Source: Torpedo marmorata
Lineage: Eukaryota
Direction: 5' to 3'
Length of the DNA stretch: 64,000 nt
NCBI GenBank assembly: GCA_977017645.1
Contig: OZ360237.1
Span: 30,380,001 to 30,444,000, forward strand
Every line of letters begins with the position of its first letter. The first letter of the stretch is position 1. Below the pieces are notes generated by a model. It saw nothing but the letters and a program-made list of their open reading frames with translations, was not told where the DNA came from and searched no databases. Shown here piece by piece: positions 1 to 12,582 of this stretch. A program made the translations under genes and the position numbers.

Positions 1-934
1 GCTGCCTTTCTTGTGGTCCCCCTGTTCATTTGCCATCCTTCAGTTATCTGAACCTCACTTGAATTTCACCTTCCCCATTGCTGAATCCTCCATCTTTCAA
101 GCCTGTATCCTTTCTGAACATTGATTTGGTAGGGAAGTGGGGATATTCATTTTGTGCCTTGCTTGTATCTTCAGGCTCCACTCGCTTATTCTCCATGTTG
201 GCCCCAATGGCCTCTACTCTTTTCCTTGTTATTCTTTTGGCCTTAATGTACCTTAAATGCTATTCAAATTATCCTGTCCACCAGTAATGTTTTGTGACCC
301 TTCTTTGCATTCATAATTTCTTTTTCAGAGTGCTTCTCTGACACTTCCCCCTGATTTTAATCCTCTCAAACCTGCCACATGCTTCCCTTTTTCTCTTTGT
401 CTAACCTTTGGTAATCCTCTACATTCATGATTCCCTGCACTTGTTGCACTCGAAATGGAATTTGCAATAATCCCATTGTACTGTTTTGCTTATTGCAGAG
501 ATCATCCATATAAACTGATGAAAATTTAGATTACTTTTATAGATCATCAGCTGATACAACTCCCAGATGTTTTGTGCAAATCTGGTTCAAGTTATTCATT
601 TACCGTAATTAGAACTCTACAATGGTAACTGGCATTGCTGATTTGAGTGCTGTTCATTATTTTTATTGAGTTCGTTGTTCAATATTCCACTTCATTGTTT
701 AAAGTAAATTCAGCAGAATATAATTTTTTGAGCTGTTATGGAAAAGGTATTATTTTTCTGCAGAATATAGGTGTCCTTTCAAGCCACATCACAGAGAAAG
801 AGATAGATTTCCCTTCTGTTTCTAATGTTAAATGTGTTTGGTCCCATTGTTTCTCTCATGGAAGAGATGCCACGGGACCCATTAGTTTGCAGAACTCCTG
901 CAGAGCTGTAATGATCTTCCAGTGGGAGAAGGTA

Positions 935-1630
935 AAGTAAAACCCCTGGTATCCGGCACCTATTGGGATTGGTAGATGCCGGATAAGCAAATTTTCCAGT
1001 TGCTTGAGACTCACCTCTTAAAATGCCTAACTAATACATCTTCATTAAGAATAAACAGTTTAAAAGACAAAAATACTATAGTGCACTAAACAAACTTCAC
1101 TTGCATGCATATATATTAACCTTAAAGCATTTTACTTTATTTTCACTTCCATTCTTTGAAAATATTTAACCATCGTTGCATCTGCCGGTTGCTTCCCCTC
1201 CACGGAGCCACCCGAAAGATGAACCATAACATTATAGATAATGTTATTAACCCCCCCCCCCCAAAGTTTACAGATAGAACCTCTGACCGGGGCGCCTCTT
1301 ACTAAGCAGGAATAAGGAGAAACTGTAAGAGAGTCACCCCTATGGCGAGCGGCATCAACCAGCTCTTCAACCTGGGCGATGCCATTTTATTCAAACACAA
1401 CTTCATTCAAACAGCTGCTACAAGCAAAGCATGACCAAGACACTATGCTGGCTGAATATTTGCTCCCATCTTCACCAAACGTTTGTGTGTTACTTCAGAG
1501 AACATTTACTTTTAAAATTTTAAACTTTTATTTAAATTTTTATTTATTCTCATTCATTTTATTTATTTATTTATTTTACTCTTTTTTTTTTTGCCGGTTA
1601 CTTGAATTCTGAATAACAGGGTTTTTACTG
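935..1630. mobile_element. Tc1/mariner (pogo/Tigger-like) non-autonomous DNA element, long copy
   Basis: Termini (c/a)AGTAAAACCCCTG ... CAGGGTTTTTACTG, flanked by TA on both sides. Same family as 37368, 41388 and 49964. Confidence 0.8.
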
Positions 1631-1953
1631 TAGTTAGAGGGCCAATGTTGTCCATGGCTTCTAGAAACTCCTCATTAATATAGATGTGTTATGCAAGTAA
1701 TTATAATTATTTATTTGTAGGCATCATTGTACTCATTCAAATTAATTTATCACTAATGGGGAATATTTTATCTGACCGTTTGGTAATTGAGCAGTTTATT
1801 TATGTCTAAACTAAATTTTCATTGATTACAATAAACTTTGCTTGGTTGTTTGGGTTTACAGAGTACTGAGTTTGGAGTGAACTGTGAAAATCTTGGTTCA
1901 ACCAGAGAGAAGGTTCAAAGTCAAAGGCAGCTCTCAGTGTGCAAAATTGCAAG

Positions 1954-2331
1954 ATGTGGCGTTCAGTTGCAAAATATTTTCTCAATAACAGAATATATCG
2001 AAGTGGAATGCAAAAATTACTGCCTGCACAGAACGCTCTGTGTCATCCTGTACAAGATGTTCTTCATCAAGGCAGCAGGCTGCACAGCCGTTCAACTTTA
2101 AAACTAAATGTGCCAGTTTTAGCTATCCAAAAAGTAGAGACCTTTCATGAACAACGATGGTGCATTGTCCACTGGGAGGATGGAAACCATAGCCTGTATC
2201 CTTATGCATGGTTAAGGGATAACTGCCAGTGTCCCCACTGCTTTCTGTCGTCAGCTAAAGCAAGGAAACATCCCGTAAAAGATTTGGACGTGAACATTTT
2301 TCCAGAGAAAATCACCTTGTCTGACTCTAAG
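1954..2331 (+). CDS. BBOX1: Gamma-butyrobetaine dioxygenase, first coding exon (126 codons, phase-0 donor)
   Basis: Translation ...AIQKVE...SLYPYAWLRDNCQCPHCFLSSAKARK...DLDVNI matches the BBOX1 N-terminal Zn domain (human SLYPAVWLRDNCPCSDCYLDSAKARK). ATG at 1954, donor AAG|GTATTA at 2331/2332, likely acceptor ttacag ending at 1861. Confidence 0.93.
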
Positions 2332-2899
2332 GTATTATTATCTTAAAAATTATTTGGAAAGTGATTAAATGTTGCTCCCTAATTTCATCATTAATCTACA
2401 AATTGGCATAGAGCCATTAGGTGAAAGATTAAGTTATACCTGTCCTCTTTACTGTGAATTTGTTTAATATGTATGATTGATATATTATGAACATTTAATT
2501 GGCTTAAAAGCATTTTGAACAGGAAATGGCAAATCTATCGTATCAGTATGTATCTTTTTTTTAAACCAGGGAATAAAGTCAGTTTTTATATTTTAAAAAG
2601 TGTGGTAGCTTTTAGTATTCATGTGATACCACTACAAAATAAATTCTAATAATATAGAAAGACTATGTATTTTCCTGTTTAGAAATAAACGGAATGAAGT
2701 TGCCCTTGGGTACATTGATTAGGATTTGCTTTCCATATTTTGTAAACTGATTATATCATTCTGACAGAATTACAAATACAAGAACATTTACAACCTTTGA
2801 TAATCTTTTCCATCCTTGCCTTGCCCTCAGTAATTATTTTTCACTTCTGATGATTTCGCGCAGTAGTTGTTTTGGGACTCAGTTTAATTTTGAAATGTA

Positions 2900-3818
2900 C
2901 CGTATTTGACGGCATATAAGACCCCCCCTTTTTTTACTAAAAAAAATTGCCTCAAAAACCACCCCGGGTCTTATACGCGAAGGTGACGTTTTGGTGCCGC
3001 CATTTTGGGCACCGAGTGGAGTCCAGGAAGCGGGACAACAGCTTTGCGGACCACATTCCCTTGGGTGGCCCGTGCTTTCCGGACTCGCCGCCGCTCACTT
3101 CCCCGGTAAGAAGGCTCACTCTCTCCCTCCCATTCGTTCTCCCCACCAGCCCGCTAGCTCACTCTCGCCCGCTCCCTCCCCGCCTGTTCGCTATCCCCGC
3201 CCGCTCGCACTCACCCGCTCTCTCCTCGCTCGCCGCCCGCTCGCTCTCTCCCCGCTTGCTCTCCCCCGCTCTCTCCCCGCCCGTTCGCTCTCACCAACAG
3301 TGCTTTGAGGGGAGCGCTGGGCCTCGATGATCAGCCTTTGTTCGACGAACACGAACCATCGAGCAAATTGAATGAGGCGCGGGGGCGGGTGGCAGTGAGC
3401 GAGCGGCCTGTTAAGCTCAGCTCAACAGGCCGCCTGCTCGCTCACTGCCACCCGCGCCTAATTCAATCTGTTCGGGGGGCCGTGCGCGTCGAACAAAGGC
3501 TCAGCGTGGAGCCTGATCACCGACGCCCAGCGCTCCCCTCAAAGCAAGCGATCGATCATCTGCTCCCCGCGACGGTGGGCCTGGGCCCTGCCCATTGTCC
3601 TGGCTTCTCTCCCTCCCACCCTTGCGTGCCCGCAGGTCCCGTCACACCTGTCAATCAATTAGCGTTTGGACGGTGGGGGGGAAGCAGCCTGAGCCTCGGC
3701 GTGCGGCGGGCAGGAGGACGTGATGCTGCTGTGAAGGTAAATACACTAAAACAACTTTTTCCTGAAATCTCACGCTAAAAATGGGGGGGAGGGGGGTCCT
3801 ATATGCCGTCAAATACAG
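2900..3818. mobile_element. TA-flanked non-autonomous DNA transposon (Tc2/pogo-like TIRs) with GC-rich palindromic interior
   Basis: TIRs CCGTATTTGACGGCATATAAGACC / GGTCCTATATGCCGTCAAATACAG, with TA on both sides. Confidence 0.85.
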
Positions 3819-5084
3819 TACTTTGAAGGGCAGTGATTTCTACTTTTTTTTTTCAAATAATCATCTCTGTGCCAGTCAGTAAACATGGCATTGCATGTAA
3901 TTACAAAACATTGCTAAATGGAAATGTGAGACAATAGCTGTCAGAAATTTAATTTTTTTTTTCAAATTGGAATATTGATTGTAGTTCTGGTTATGAGTCA
4001 TTTTTTTGAAGCCTCAAGCTAATTTTTTTTATTTTTACTTTGGATCGATCCCCAATGCAATGCTCCCTTTGGAGCATTATTGGACAATGTTGTCCTCTTG
4101 ATGTCTTTCTCCACCATGCACATTATGCGAAGTCCTATACTTGCATCTTAGGGGCTCTGTATAGTCAGAGGGTAATGTTATACACCTTCTAAAATTGAAT
4201 ACCGGATATCTTAACAATAAACACAGCAATCCTTTACAATTAGAGGCCTTTTTAAAATACACTAACTTGAACAAGAATAAACCCTATTCCTGATTTTGGG
4301 GACAGTAGAGAAAAAACATGTTATTTGTGACCAATTTTTGAACATGAGACTCCCAATTTGCATCTTGACGATTACATAAAATTAAGTCAGGTATTTCACA
4401 TTTGTATTATACTTAAATTGGCAGAGAAATACGTGGCTCTCTTATTTCTGTACAAACTAATTTTAAGTATATGGCTCAAGATTATAATTTGTCTTCAGAA
4501 ATTACTGAACAGAAAATTACCACCATCCTTTTTCACTGTTATTTGTCTGGTGGTCTACACTGCCAGTAACAATTTTTTTTTTTTTTTTTTTTTGTTACTT
4601 CTCACGAAGACCTGCTTTACTCAATACTTTCTTGGAAACTTGAATCGAGTGAACTATAATTTTAAGTGATCCATGTTATTTCTTTATCCTGCTCTATATC
4701 TTTCACAATCTTACAACTGGAATCGTATTCTGTTCCACCCAAAAACATTAATGTCATACCAAAATTTGAAGGCAGTAACGAAACTGAATTGCTTTTGCAT
4801 GTTTGACGTTCTGTAGGATAGTAACTGAAACAATAATTGTACTGCTACTTTATCTTTTGAAGTTACTTTGCTCCAAAGCAGATTTGGATACAAGCCATTT
4901 AATACTAACTTAGATGTGAATGATGCAATTGTACTTGTCAGTTTTCATCTAAAGTTATGGTCTGCCACAGTGGCTGAACATTTTTCAAACTCTTGGTAAT
5001 TTTACTGAAGAAAATGCATTTTGCCATTGATCATACTATGACTTATATTTTTTTCTTGAGCATAGGGAGATTATTTTCACAATA

Positions 5085-5303
5085 CGGGTATACCCCGCTT
5101 TACGAAACTAGAGCGTTCCTATGAAATCTTTCGTAAGCCGAAATGGAGTAAAGCGAAGCCCCATTCACTACTATTGGAGGCTATTTTCGTAAAAGCGAAA
5201 ACCTATTCAAAACCCATTCAAATCCTTTCGTAAAAGCGAACACGGCTTTCTTCGTAAAAGCGAATTTTCGTAATTCGAGTATTCGTAAAGTGGGGTATAC
5301 CTG
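5085..5303. mobile_element. Tigger-like MITE
   Basis: TIRs CGGGTATACCCCGCTTTACGAA / TTCGTAAAGTGGGGTATACCTG, TA flanks, internal repeats of TTCGTAAAAGCGAA. Confidence 0.85.
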
Positions 5304-6798
5304 TATATCAATACTTTATTCTGAATTAATGTTATAACAAACATGCATAAAATATTTTTTGTTTTTTCCAAAGTTAATTATTTTTATAGTATTCAATATT
5401 ACAAGTGAAACGTGTGACTATTTTACATTCATTGATTAATTTTTACATTCATTGATTAATTTTTATTAAACTCTAGGGATAACTTTTGAAGTATATGCAA
5501 GACTTGTAAAATAGGAATAAATATATTATTTTCATCCAGCCATCTGCTACATTTTATGACCGTGCATGTTGATGTGAAAATTGGCATCTGTGCTTTTCTT
5601 GTTTTCTTGCAAGTTGAAACTTAATTTCCAAATCTTGCATCACTTTATAGATTTTAGGTGCTTTCCTTGCACACAAATTAAAAATGAATAAAGTAGTAAA
5701 ACACAGGAAACACAATTTTTTTGTGCAACAATAAGAATTCCCCTGTAGATGTGCAGCTTCAGCATGTTCATGTATATTTGGCTACCGGTAATTAAAAAAG
5801 TACTTTTTTTTTCCCCCAAGGTTGACAATCAGTGCAGTTATAAATTTGTCCAATTTTATTAATTAAAATTCATTGTTTTTATGAATCACGTTTCTAACCA
5901 TGCTGTTTCATCTTCTGTTGAATTGGTTTTATGATCTTACTTTGTGTTTTCGGTAGACTGAAAGAAATGTTTGTTTCGCTCACTGGTAATGTAACATGTC
6001 CGAACTGAGGCCACTTCTTCCTTGGAGGCTCTCATCTAATTGCATGTCATCCTGGTAAACCCTTTGATTCCCAAGTCAATTTTGAATCTCTACTTCTCTG
6101 GTATTGACTGTATCATAACATTTTGTTTTCGATTTATAAAAATTTAAAAAAAAAAAAAATCTCATTCAAATAGAGGACTTTCATCATCAGGTTACATGGG
6201 TTCTACTTTCAATGCAACTTACATGTTAATATTAACAAGTTTCATTACTGTATTTCGTATTTACTCCATTGTTTTTACTGTAATCTTTAAATCTGTTTCA
6301 CATGCCACTTCTTCAACTGGCACATCTTTTATCCTGCTCCTAGGTTTTGCCAAATAAATCTCTTCCCTTTATGGAAACTGGCAGTTTGTCCATTTGTCCT
6401 GTGTCCAGCTGCAATTGTGAATGTCCCTTTGTGCAAGCCCACATTGTGCTATGAAGCTACATTATCATGAGTGCAACAGTGGATCAAACCACATCTTCAT
6501 TTTTTCATTCCCTCAAAATGCTCAGGCTTGCATAAGGTGAAGTGCCAGGAACCAGGTAGACACAACCCTGTCAACAATAATTTAAAAGATCTAGTAAAAT
6601 GTGAAGTTATTGGTACATGTATACCCATCTCTGCCAGACAGCGATAAAGATGAGTGTTTGAACCTTGAACCTATCCAAAAGTTGTCAGTTTTACACTTGC
6701 AATATTAAAAATAGTTGATACTGGTATGGTTCTTAATGTAAGCTGCTGATTTTAGTTACAAATTCCCACTTTTAAAAATCATCACCATCTTGCTCTAG

Positions 6799-6913
6799 AT
6801 TTCAGTGGTATGGCCTGACCAGCACATCAGTGAATTTGATTCAAATTGGTTGAAAGCAAGATGTTTTCAACAATCTTCAAGAGAAGAGAAACAAAAACAA
6901 CATTTCTTGAAAG
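6799..6913 (+). CDS. BBOX1: Gamma-butyrobetaine dioxygenase, second coding exon (115 nt)
   Basis: ctctag|ATT...AAA G|gtaaga. Translates ISVVWPDQHISEFDSNWLKARCFQQSSREEKQKQHFLK, matching human VYITWPDEHYSEFQADWLKKRCF and including the Zn-ligand His. In phase with the previous exon. Confidence 0.95.
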
Positions 6914-7009
6914 GTAAGAACATAAATCTTTAGCCATTGAATCTGCAAAGGTGCCCGAGAACAATTGAGCAAGCCAATACTATTCATCAAATGCTTATAG
7001 TTTGCATAT

Positions 7010-10000
7010 GGTGGGCGGCGCATTGGAGTACGCAGCGGCCCCTCCAGGATCAGTAGTTTTTAGTAAAGGTAAAGGTTCCATTATTGTCACGTAATACTAC
7101 ATTTAGAATGTAACATACATGAAATTCTTTAATTTTTGTCTACCGTAAGGCAGACAGAGGGTCGCTATTTTGTCCAGCGCCCCTCACAGAAACCTACAGC
7201 ACCTGGTGTTCCTTGGCGGTCTCCCCTCCAAGTACTGACCAGTCCTGTGCCTGCTTAGCTTCCGAGATCAGACAATCCCAGTCGTATTCAGGCTATTGGT
7301 GCTGTTATAGATTATAGAGTTAAATAGTGTGTTTTAATTTTTAAAAAAAAAAAAACATTTGGAATATAGTTACCCGTTGCAACTACAATCTTCAGTCTTT
7401 AAAAATACTCAGAAACTCCTCTACTTACCTCCGGGAAGATCTGCGGGTTAAGCTACGCGACCACAGGCTGCTGCGGGGATTAGGCTTTAAAGCCTCGGGA
7501 TCGCGGAGAAGACGGAAGCGGTGCGCGAGGTGGAGGAAGCGCGGTAAGCGAGCAGGGGTGCGCGCTAGACTGAGAGCGAACCCGTGCCGTCTGGCTCTCC
7601 CGTCCATCCTGCTCGCCAACGTCTGTTCCCTGGAGAATAAAATGGACCACATCCGACTCCAGAGGTCTGCGCAGCGTGAGTACAGGGACTGCTGTGTTTT
7701 GGTCTTTGTTGAAACGTGGCTCAGCGACAGGGTCCCGGACGCCGCCATTCATCTGGATGGACTCGCTTTATTTCGGGCTGACGGAGATGCTGCTCTCTGG
7801 AAAAGTCCGTGGCGGTGGCTTGTGTGTTTACATCAACACAGAATGGTGTAAGGACTCTGTACTAGTCTCCAGTCACTGCTCAGCACTGGTGGAATTTGTG
7901 ACTGTCAGATGTAGACCATTTTACCTACCGCAGGAATTTACCGCGGTCCTCATAGTTGGAGTGTACATCACCCCCAGCGCTAATTCCAAGGAGGCGATCT
8001 GGGAACTGTGTGGGGCTATAGGCGAACTGCAGACCGCACACCCTGATGGATTGCTGATTATCACTGGGTACTTCAACCAGGCGAACCTCAAGTCAGGGCT
8101 ACCTAAATTCCATCAGTATGTGGACTTTGCTACGAGAGGGGCGAACATGTTGGACCTTGTGTTTACGAACATTTCCGATGCGTATCGGGCGGTGCCCTGC
8201 CCCCACCTCGGATACTCAGACCATATCTCTGTAATGCTAACCTCAGCATACAGACCGCTCGCCAGACGCTCCAGACCAGTTCTGAAGCAGGTTAAAACCT
8301 GGCCAGCAGGTGCCATCCATGCACTTCAGGACTGCTTTGAGCGTACTGATTGGCACATGTTCAGGGAAGCAGCAACCGATGGCGACTACATCAATCTGGA
8401 GGAGTATACGGCATCGGTGACTAGCTACATTAGTAAGTGTACTGACAAAGTCACTGTGCCCAAGACCATCATTACTCGCTCTAATCAGAAGCCATGGATG
8501 ACTGCGGAGGTGCATGTGTTGCTGAGGAGCCGAAACTCTGCCTTCAGTGGGGGTGACAAGGTAACCCTAGCTATTGCGAGAACCAAGCTGTGTAAGGCCA
8601 TCAGGGAGGCAAAACGTGCACATGCCCAGCGAATTCAGAGTCACTTACAGGACAGCAAGAACACGCGACGCATTTGGAAGGGCATTCAAGATATCACCAA
8701 CCACAAGACTACACTATCTGAATGTGCTGGTGATGCCTCCCACCCAGATGCACTGAACAACTTCTACGCGCGTTTTGAGGCAAAATATGATGTAGCGGCA
8801 AAGAAGACCACCCCTCCTCCAAATGATCAGGTGCTGTGTTTCACAGTGGCCGACGTGAGGAGAGTGTTAAGCAAGGTTAACCCACAGAAAGCTGCTGGTC
8901 CAGATAACATTCCCAGCAGAGTGCTCAGGTGATTTGCGACCCAGCTGGCTGATGTTCTCACCGACATCTTTAACATCTCCCTGACCAGTGCCGTGGTTCC
9001 AACGTGCTTCAAAGCCGCTACCATCATCCCCGTGCCGAAGAAGTCGACGGTGTCCAGCCTCAATGACTACCGCCCTGTCACACTCATATCTACTGTCACG
9101 AAGTGCTTCGAGAGGCTCGTCATGGGGCACATCAAGCTTCTGCTGCCCCCCCTCACTGGACCCCCTGCAGTTTGCATATAGATCAAACCGCTTTACGGAT
9201 GATGCCATCATTACCACCCTCCACCTAGCCCTCACCCACCTGGAAAATAAGGACGCGTATGTTCGAATGCTGTTTATTGACTTCAGCTCGGCATTCAACA
9301 CGATCATAGGGAAGTTGAGGGGGCTGGGCCTAAACAACACTCTCTGTAATTGGATTCTAGACTTCCTGACGGGAAGACCTCAGGCAGTCCGGATTGGAAA
9401 CAGCACTTCTAAGGTCATTACATTGAGCACGGGGGCTCCCCAGGGCTGTGTGCTTAGTCCATTGCTGTTCACTCTGCTGACTCATGACTGTGCAGCAAAA
9501 CACAGCTCGAATCACATCATCAACTTCACTGATGATACGACCGTGGTGGGCCTTATCAGCAAGAACGATGAGTCCGCATACAGAGATGCGGTGCAGTCGC
9601 TAATGGAATGGTGCGGAGCCAACAACCTGCATCTGAATGTAAATAAAACAAAAGAGTTGGTTGTCGACTTCAGAAGGGCCCGGGGGGATCATTCTCCATT
9701 GACCATGGACGGCTCTACCTTTGAGGTCGTAAAGAGTACCAAATTTTTTGGAGTGCACTTGGCGGAGAGTCTCACCTGGTCCCTCAACACCAGTTCCATA
9801 GTCAAGAAAGCCTAGCAGCGTCTTTACTTCCTGCGAAGGCTGAGGAAAGTTCATCTCCCACCCCCTATCCTTACTACATTCTACAGGGGATGTATTGAGA
9901 GTATTCTGAGCAATTGCATCACCGCTTGGTTTGGAAACTGTACCATCTTGGACCGAAAGACCCTGCAGAGGATAGTGGGGTCAGCGGAGAAAATTATTGT

Positions 10001-10348
10001 TGTCTCTCTTCCCATCATGACGGACATCTACAACACACGATGCATGAGGAAGGCTAATAACGTTGTGAAGGACTTCTCACACCCCTTTGGTAAACTTTTT
10101 TCCCTTTTTCCACCTGGAAGGAGGTACTGAAGCACTCGGGCTCGTACATCCAGATTGTGCAACAATTTTTTACCCCAAGCCATCAGGCTCCTCAATTTCT
10201 AGATATATGTGTGTATTAGCATGTCATAGTTTTTTTTATTGTATTATGATATTTATGTACATCTGCCCATGGTCCTGGAGAAATGCTATCTCGTCTTACT
10301 GTGTATGTGGTAATGAATGACAAATAAAGGTAACTTGACTTGACTTGA
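7010..10348 (+). mobile_element. Rex1/Babar-type LINE, near full-length, degenerate (APE endonuclease + RT with frameshifts and stops)
   Basis: ORF pieces 7558-7851, 7676-8932 and 8988-9815 contain [56 protein letters not shown]. 3' end is TGACAAATAAAG followed by (ACTTG)n. Confidence 0.9.
7064..7306 (-). mobile_element. 5S rRNA-derived SINE (SINE3-type), inserted in the 5' UTR of the Rex element
   Basis: Minus strand reads GTCTGATCTCGGAAGCTAAGCAGG...GGTCAGTACTTGGAGGGGAGACCGCC.AGGAACACCAGGTGCTGTAGGTTT (5S-like, boxes A and C), then a ~120-nt tail ending (CCTTTA)n. Confidence 0.9.
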
Positions 10349-10528
10349 TGGGTTTATCACTATTAAAAGCATGGAATTGGTTTCTAATGTGACTTTTTAT
10401 TATTATTTGGCAAATGTTTCAATTTGTACGTTTGTAAATATTAAAACAAGAAAGCAGTGCTGCAACATTTCATGGAGAGGAAATTGAGGCAAGGACAAAC
10501 AATTCCAGTTTTGGTGCGTGAAACAGTA

Positions 10529-10892
10529 GGCCCTTTTACACTGCCATTGAAAGATGGTAATTAACTGACTTTTTACCGTTTCACTTACCTGTGTGAACGG
10601 GATGGGGGGGGTCATTTTCATCCCGGTACTTACCCGCCAAGGTAGGTAGTATCAGAGTCGATGCATTTCGCATCAGCTCCAGTGTAAAAGGCTTACCCGC
10701 CTTCCCGGGACACCGCTGCTGTAATGCTGCAGGTCCCGCCTCCTTTTGACCCGGGATGCCGGGTTGCTGTGTAAAAGGTCGCACTGAACCGGCTTTTCTT
10801 GGTTCAGTGTGAACGCTCCGATCCGACCCGACCTGGCTTTAAACACGGGTCGTTGACACGCCAATTTAGTGGGATCTCCGTGTAAAAGGGGT
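10529..10892. mobile_element. PIF/Harbinger-like MITE
   Basis: TIRs GGCCCTTTTACAC / GTGTAAAAGGGG, TWA-like flanks, internal copies of GTGTAAAAGG. Confidence 0.7.
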
Positions 10893-11155
10893 AAGTGATG
10901 ACAATTCTATTAATATATTGTGTAATTTTTTAATCAAACTATAGACCAGCATTTATAGTACTAAATGCTAGGATAAGTATAAACTCTAGTTGTTCTCAGT
11001 GGAGCAAAGGAGGATGGGCTTGTTATGCTGAATGGCTGTCTCCTTTGCCATAATATTATTGACTCCTTGGTAAGGAGGATTTTTTTTTTTTGCTTGGTTG
11101 GAAATTTTGGATTTTTGGAAGCATGGTTTTAAAAATTAAAAGCCAGGCTCCGTTG

Positions 11156-12133
11156 ATGGGTACGGCGGCAGGCACTGATCCCTCCCGACGCCAAGAACAT
11201 GGCGCCGGCAGGGAAATCGGGCCTGCTACGCGCATGCGCGAAAAGCCGGCAACAACGTCCTCAGACCAGGAAGGCACGAGTGGCTCCGATTTGGAAGACG
11301 AGGATGATCAGCTGGAGGCCGAAGCGCTACAACAACAACCGCCGGAGACGTCACAGCAAGTATTTAAAGGGGAACTGTCAACAAATGCAGCTATACTAAC
11401 AACACTTAGGGAATTAAAGGAAGATATGAACTATGTGAAAAAGGTAATTGATGATATGAAAGACTTGAAGTTAAAAGTAAAGAAGATTGAATATAAAGTT
11501 AAGAAAATAAAAACAGAAGTGGAAAGTACTGAAGGAAGAGTGGAGGCATTGGAAAATAATTACACTGTTTTAGAGATGGAAAATAAAAAACTCAAACAGC
11601 AAATGGACATAATGGAAAATTTTAGTAGAAGAAATAACATAAAGATCGTTGGTCTTAAAGAAGGTGAGGAAGGACAAGACATGATCGCTTTCATGAAGAC
11701 TTGGCTACCGGACGTGCTGGGCGCGGATAAGTTTGAGCGTGAAATTGAAATTGAAAGAGCCCACAGGGCTTTAAGAGCAAGGCCAACACAAGATCAATAC
11801 CCACGTTCTATATTAGTCAAGTTTTTAAGATACCAAGACAGGGAGCGAATTTTACAGACCGCAATGGAGGCAGCAAGACAGAGAGGAGGTCCCTTGATAT
11901 ATAAAGCAGCCAAAGTTCTTTTTTACCCAGACATAAGCGCCGACTTGATGAAGAGGAGGAAAGAATTCAATACAGCTAAAAAGACTTTGTGGGAGAAGGG
12001 GTATAGATTTGTGCTGCGACACCCAGCGACCCTGAAGATCTTTATACCGGACCAGCAAAACAAATTCTTTACAAACTATGTTTTAGCAGAGGAATTTGCC
12101 AATGAACTGCCACCGATTAGAGAGGAACGTTGA
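11156..12133 (+). CDS. L1 ORF1p (coiled coil + RRM/CTD RNA-binding protein)
   Basis: Coiled coil followed by ENFSRRNNIKIVGLKEG, IEIERAHR, PRSILVKFLRY and FYPDISADL motifs typical of L1 ORF1. First ATG inside the element is at 11156. Confidence 0.88.
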   Translation: MGTAAGTDPSRRQEHGAGREIGPATRMREKPATTSSDQEGTSGSDLEDEDDQLEAEALQQQPPETSQQVFKGELSTNAAILTTLRELKEDMNYVKKVIDDMKDLKLKVKKIEYKVKKIKTEVESTEGRVEALENNYTVLEMENKKLKQQMDIMENFSRRNNIKIVGLKEGEEGQDMIAFMKTWLPDVLGADKFEREIEIERAHRALRARPTQDQYPRSILVKFLRYQDRERILQTAMEAARQRGGPLIYKAAKVLFYPDISADLMKRRKEFNTAKKTLWEKGYRFVLRHPATLKIFIPDQQNKFFTNYVLAEEFANELPPIREER

Positions 12134-12582
12134 AAGATGAATGTGTTTTTCTTTTTTCTAGTATATATTGGTAAAAAAAGGGATATACATCAGTTTACAA
12201 CCTATATCTTGGAAATCTTAATGATAAAGAATGGTTTATGTTAAAAGTGTGATATCAGGGGGGTCGGGGAGAGGAGGGTGAGTTCCTGACTTCTGCTATA
12301 ATCATGTGTACTTCCGCGGCTAAGGCCGCGGCCCGTAAAATAGAGGGGGGTAGCGCTGTATATATTAGCAGCGCTAGTGGGGTTATAGTTAGAGCATGTT
12401 TTCTTTTTTATAGGGAGAGGGGAATGTACTTAGTAACTGTATATTTTTATTATAGTAACTGTATATATCACTGTAAGGACTATATGTTGGCTCGATGGAA
12501 ATTGAAGAAAGTAATTATGGAGGGTGAGAGGGGGGTCTGGGATGAAGAGGGTGACATTAATAGGAACGAAACATAATTAAAA

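Noticed and set aside
2947-3778. ORFs of 105-157 aa
   Set aside because: They come from the GC-rich, low-complexity, palindromic MITE interior and have no protein motifs.
5090-5295. CRISPR-like spaced repeats (TTCGTAAAAGCGAA)
   Set aside because: Irregular spacing, located inside a MITE with TIRs, in a eukaryotic context.
5420-5465. 20-bp tandem duplication TTTTACATTCATTGATTAAT
   Set aside because: Ordinary slippage duplication in an AT-rich intron.
7190-7306. Functional 5S rRNA gene (also 37395 and 43660)
   Set aside because: Diverged 5' end, no T4 terminator, fused to a shared retroposon tail, and dispersed rather than arrayed.
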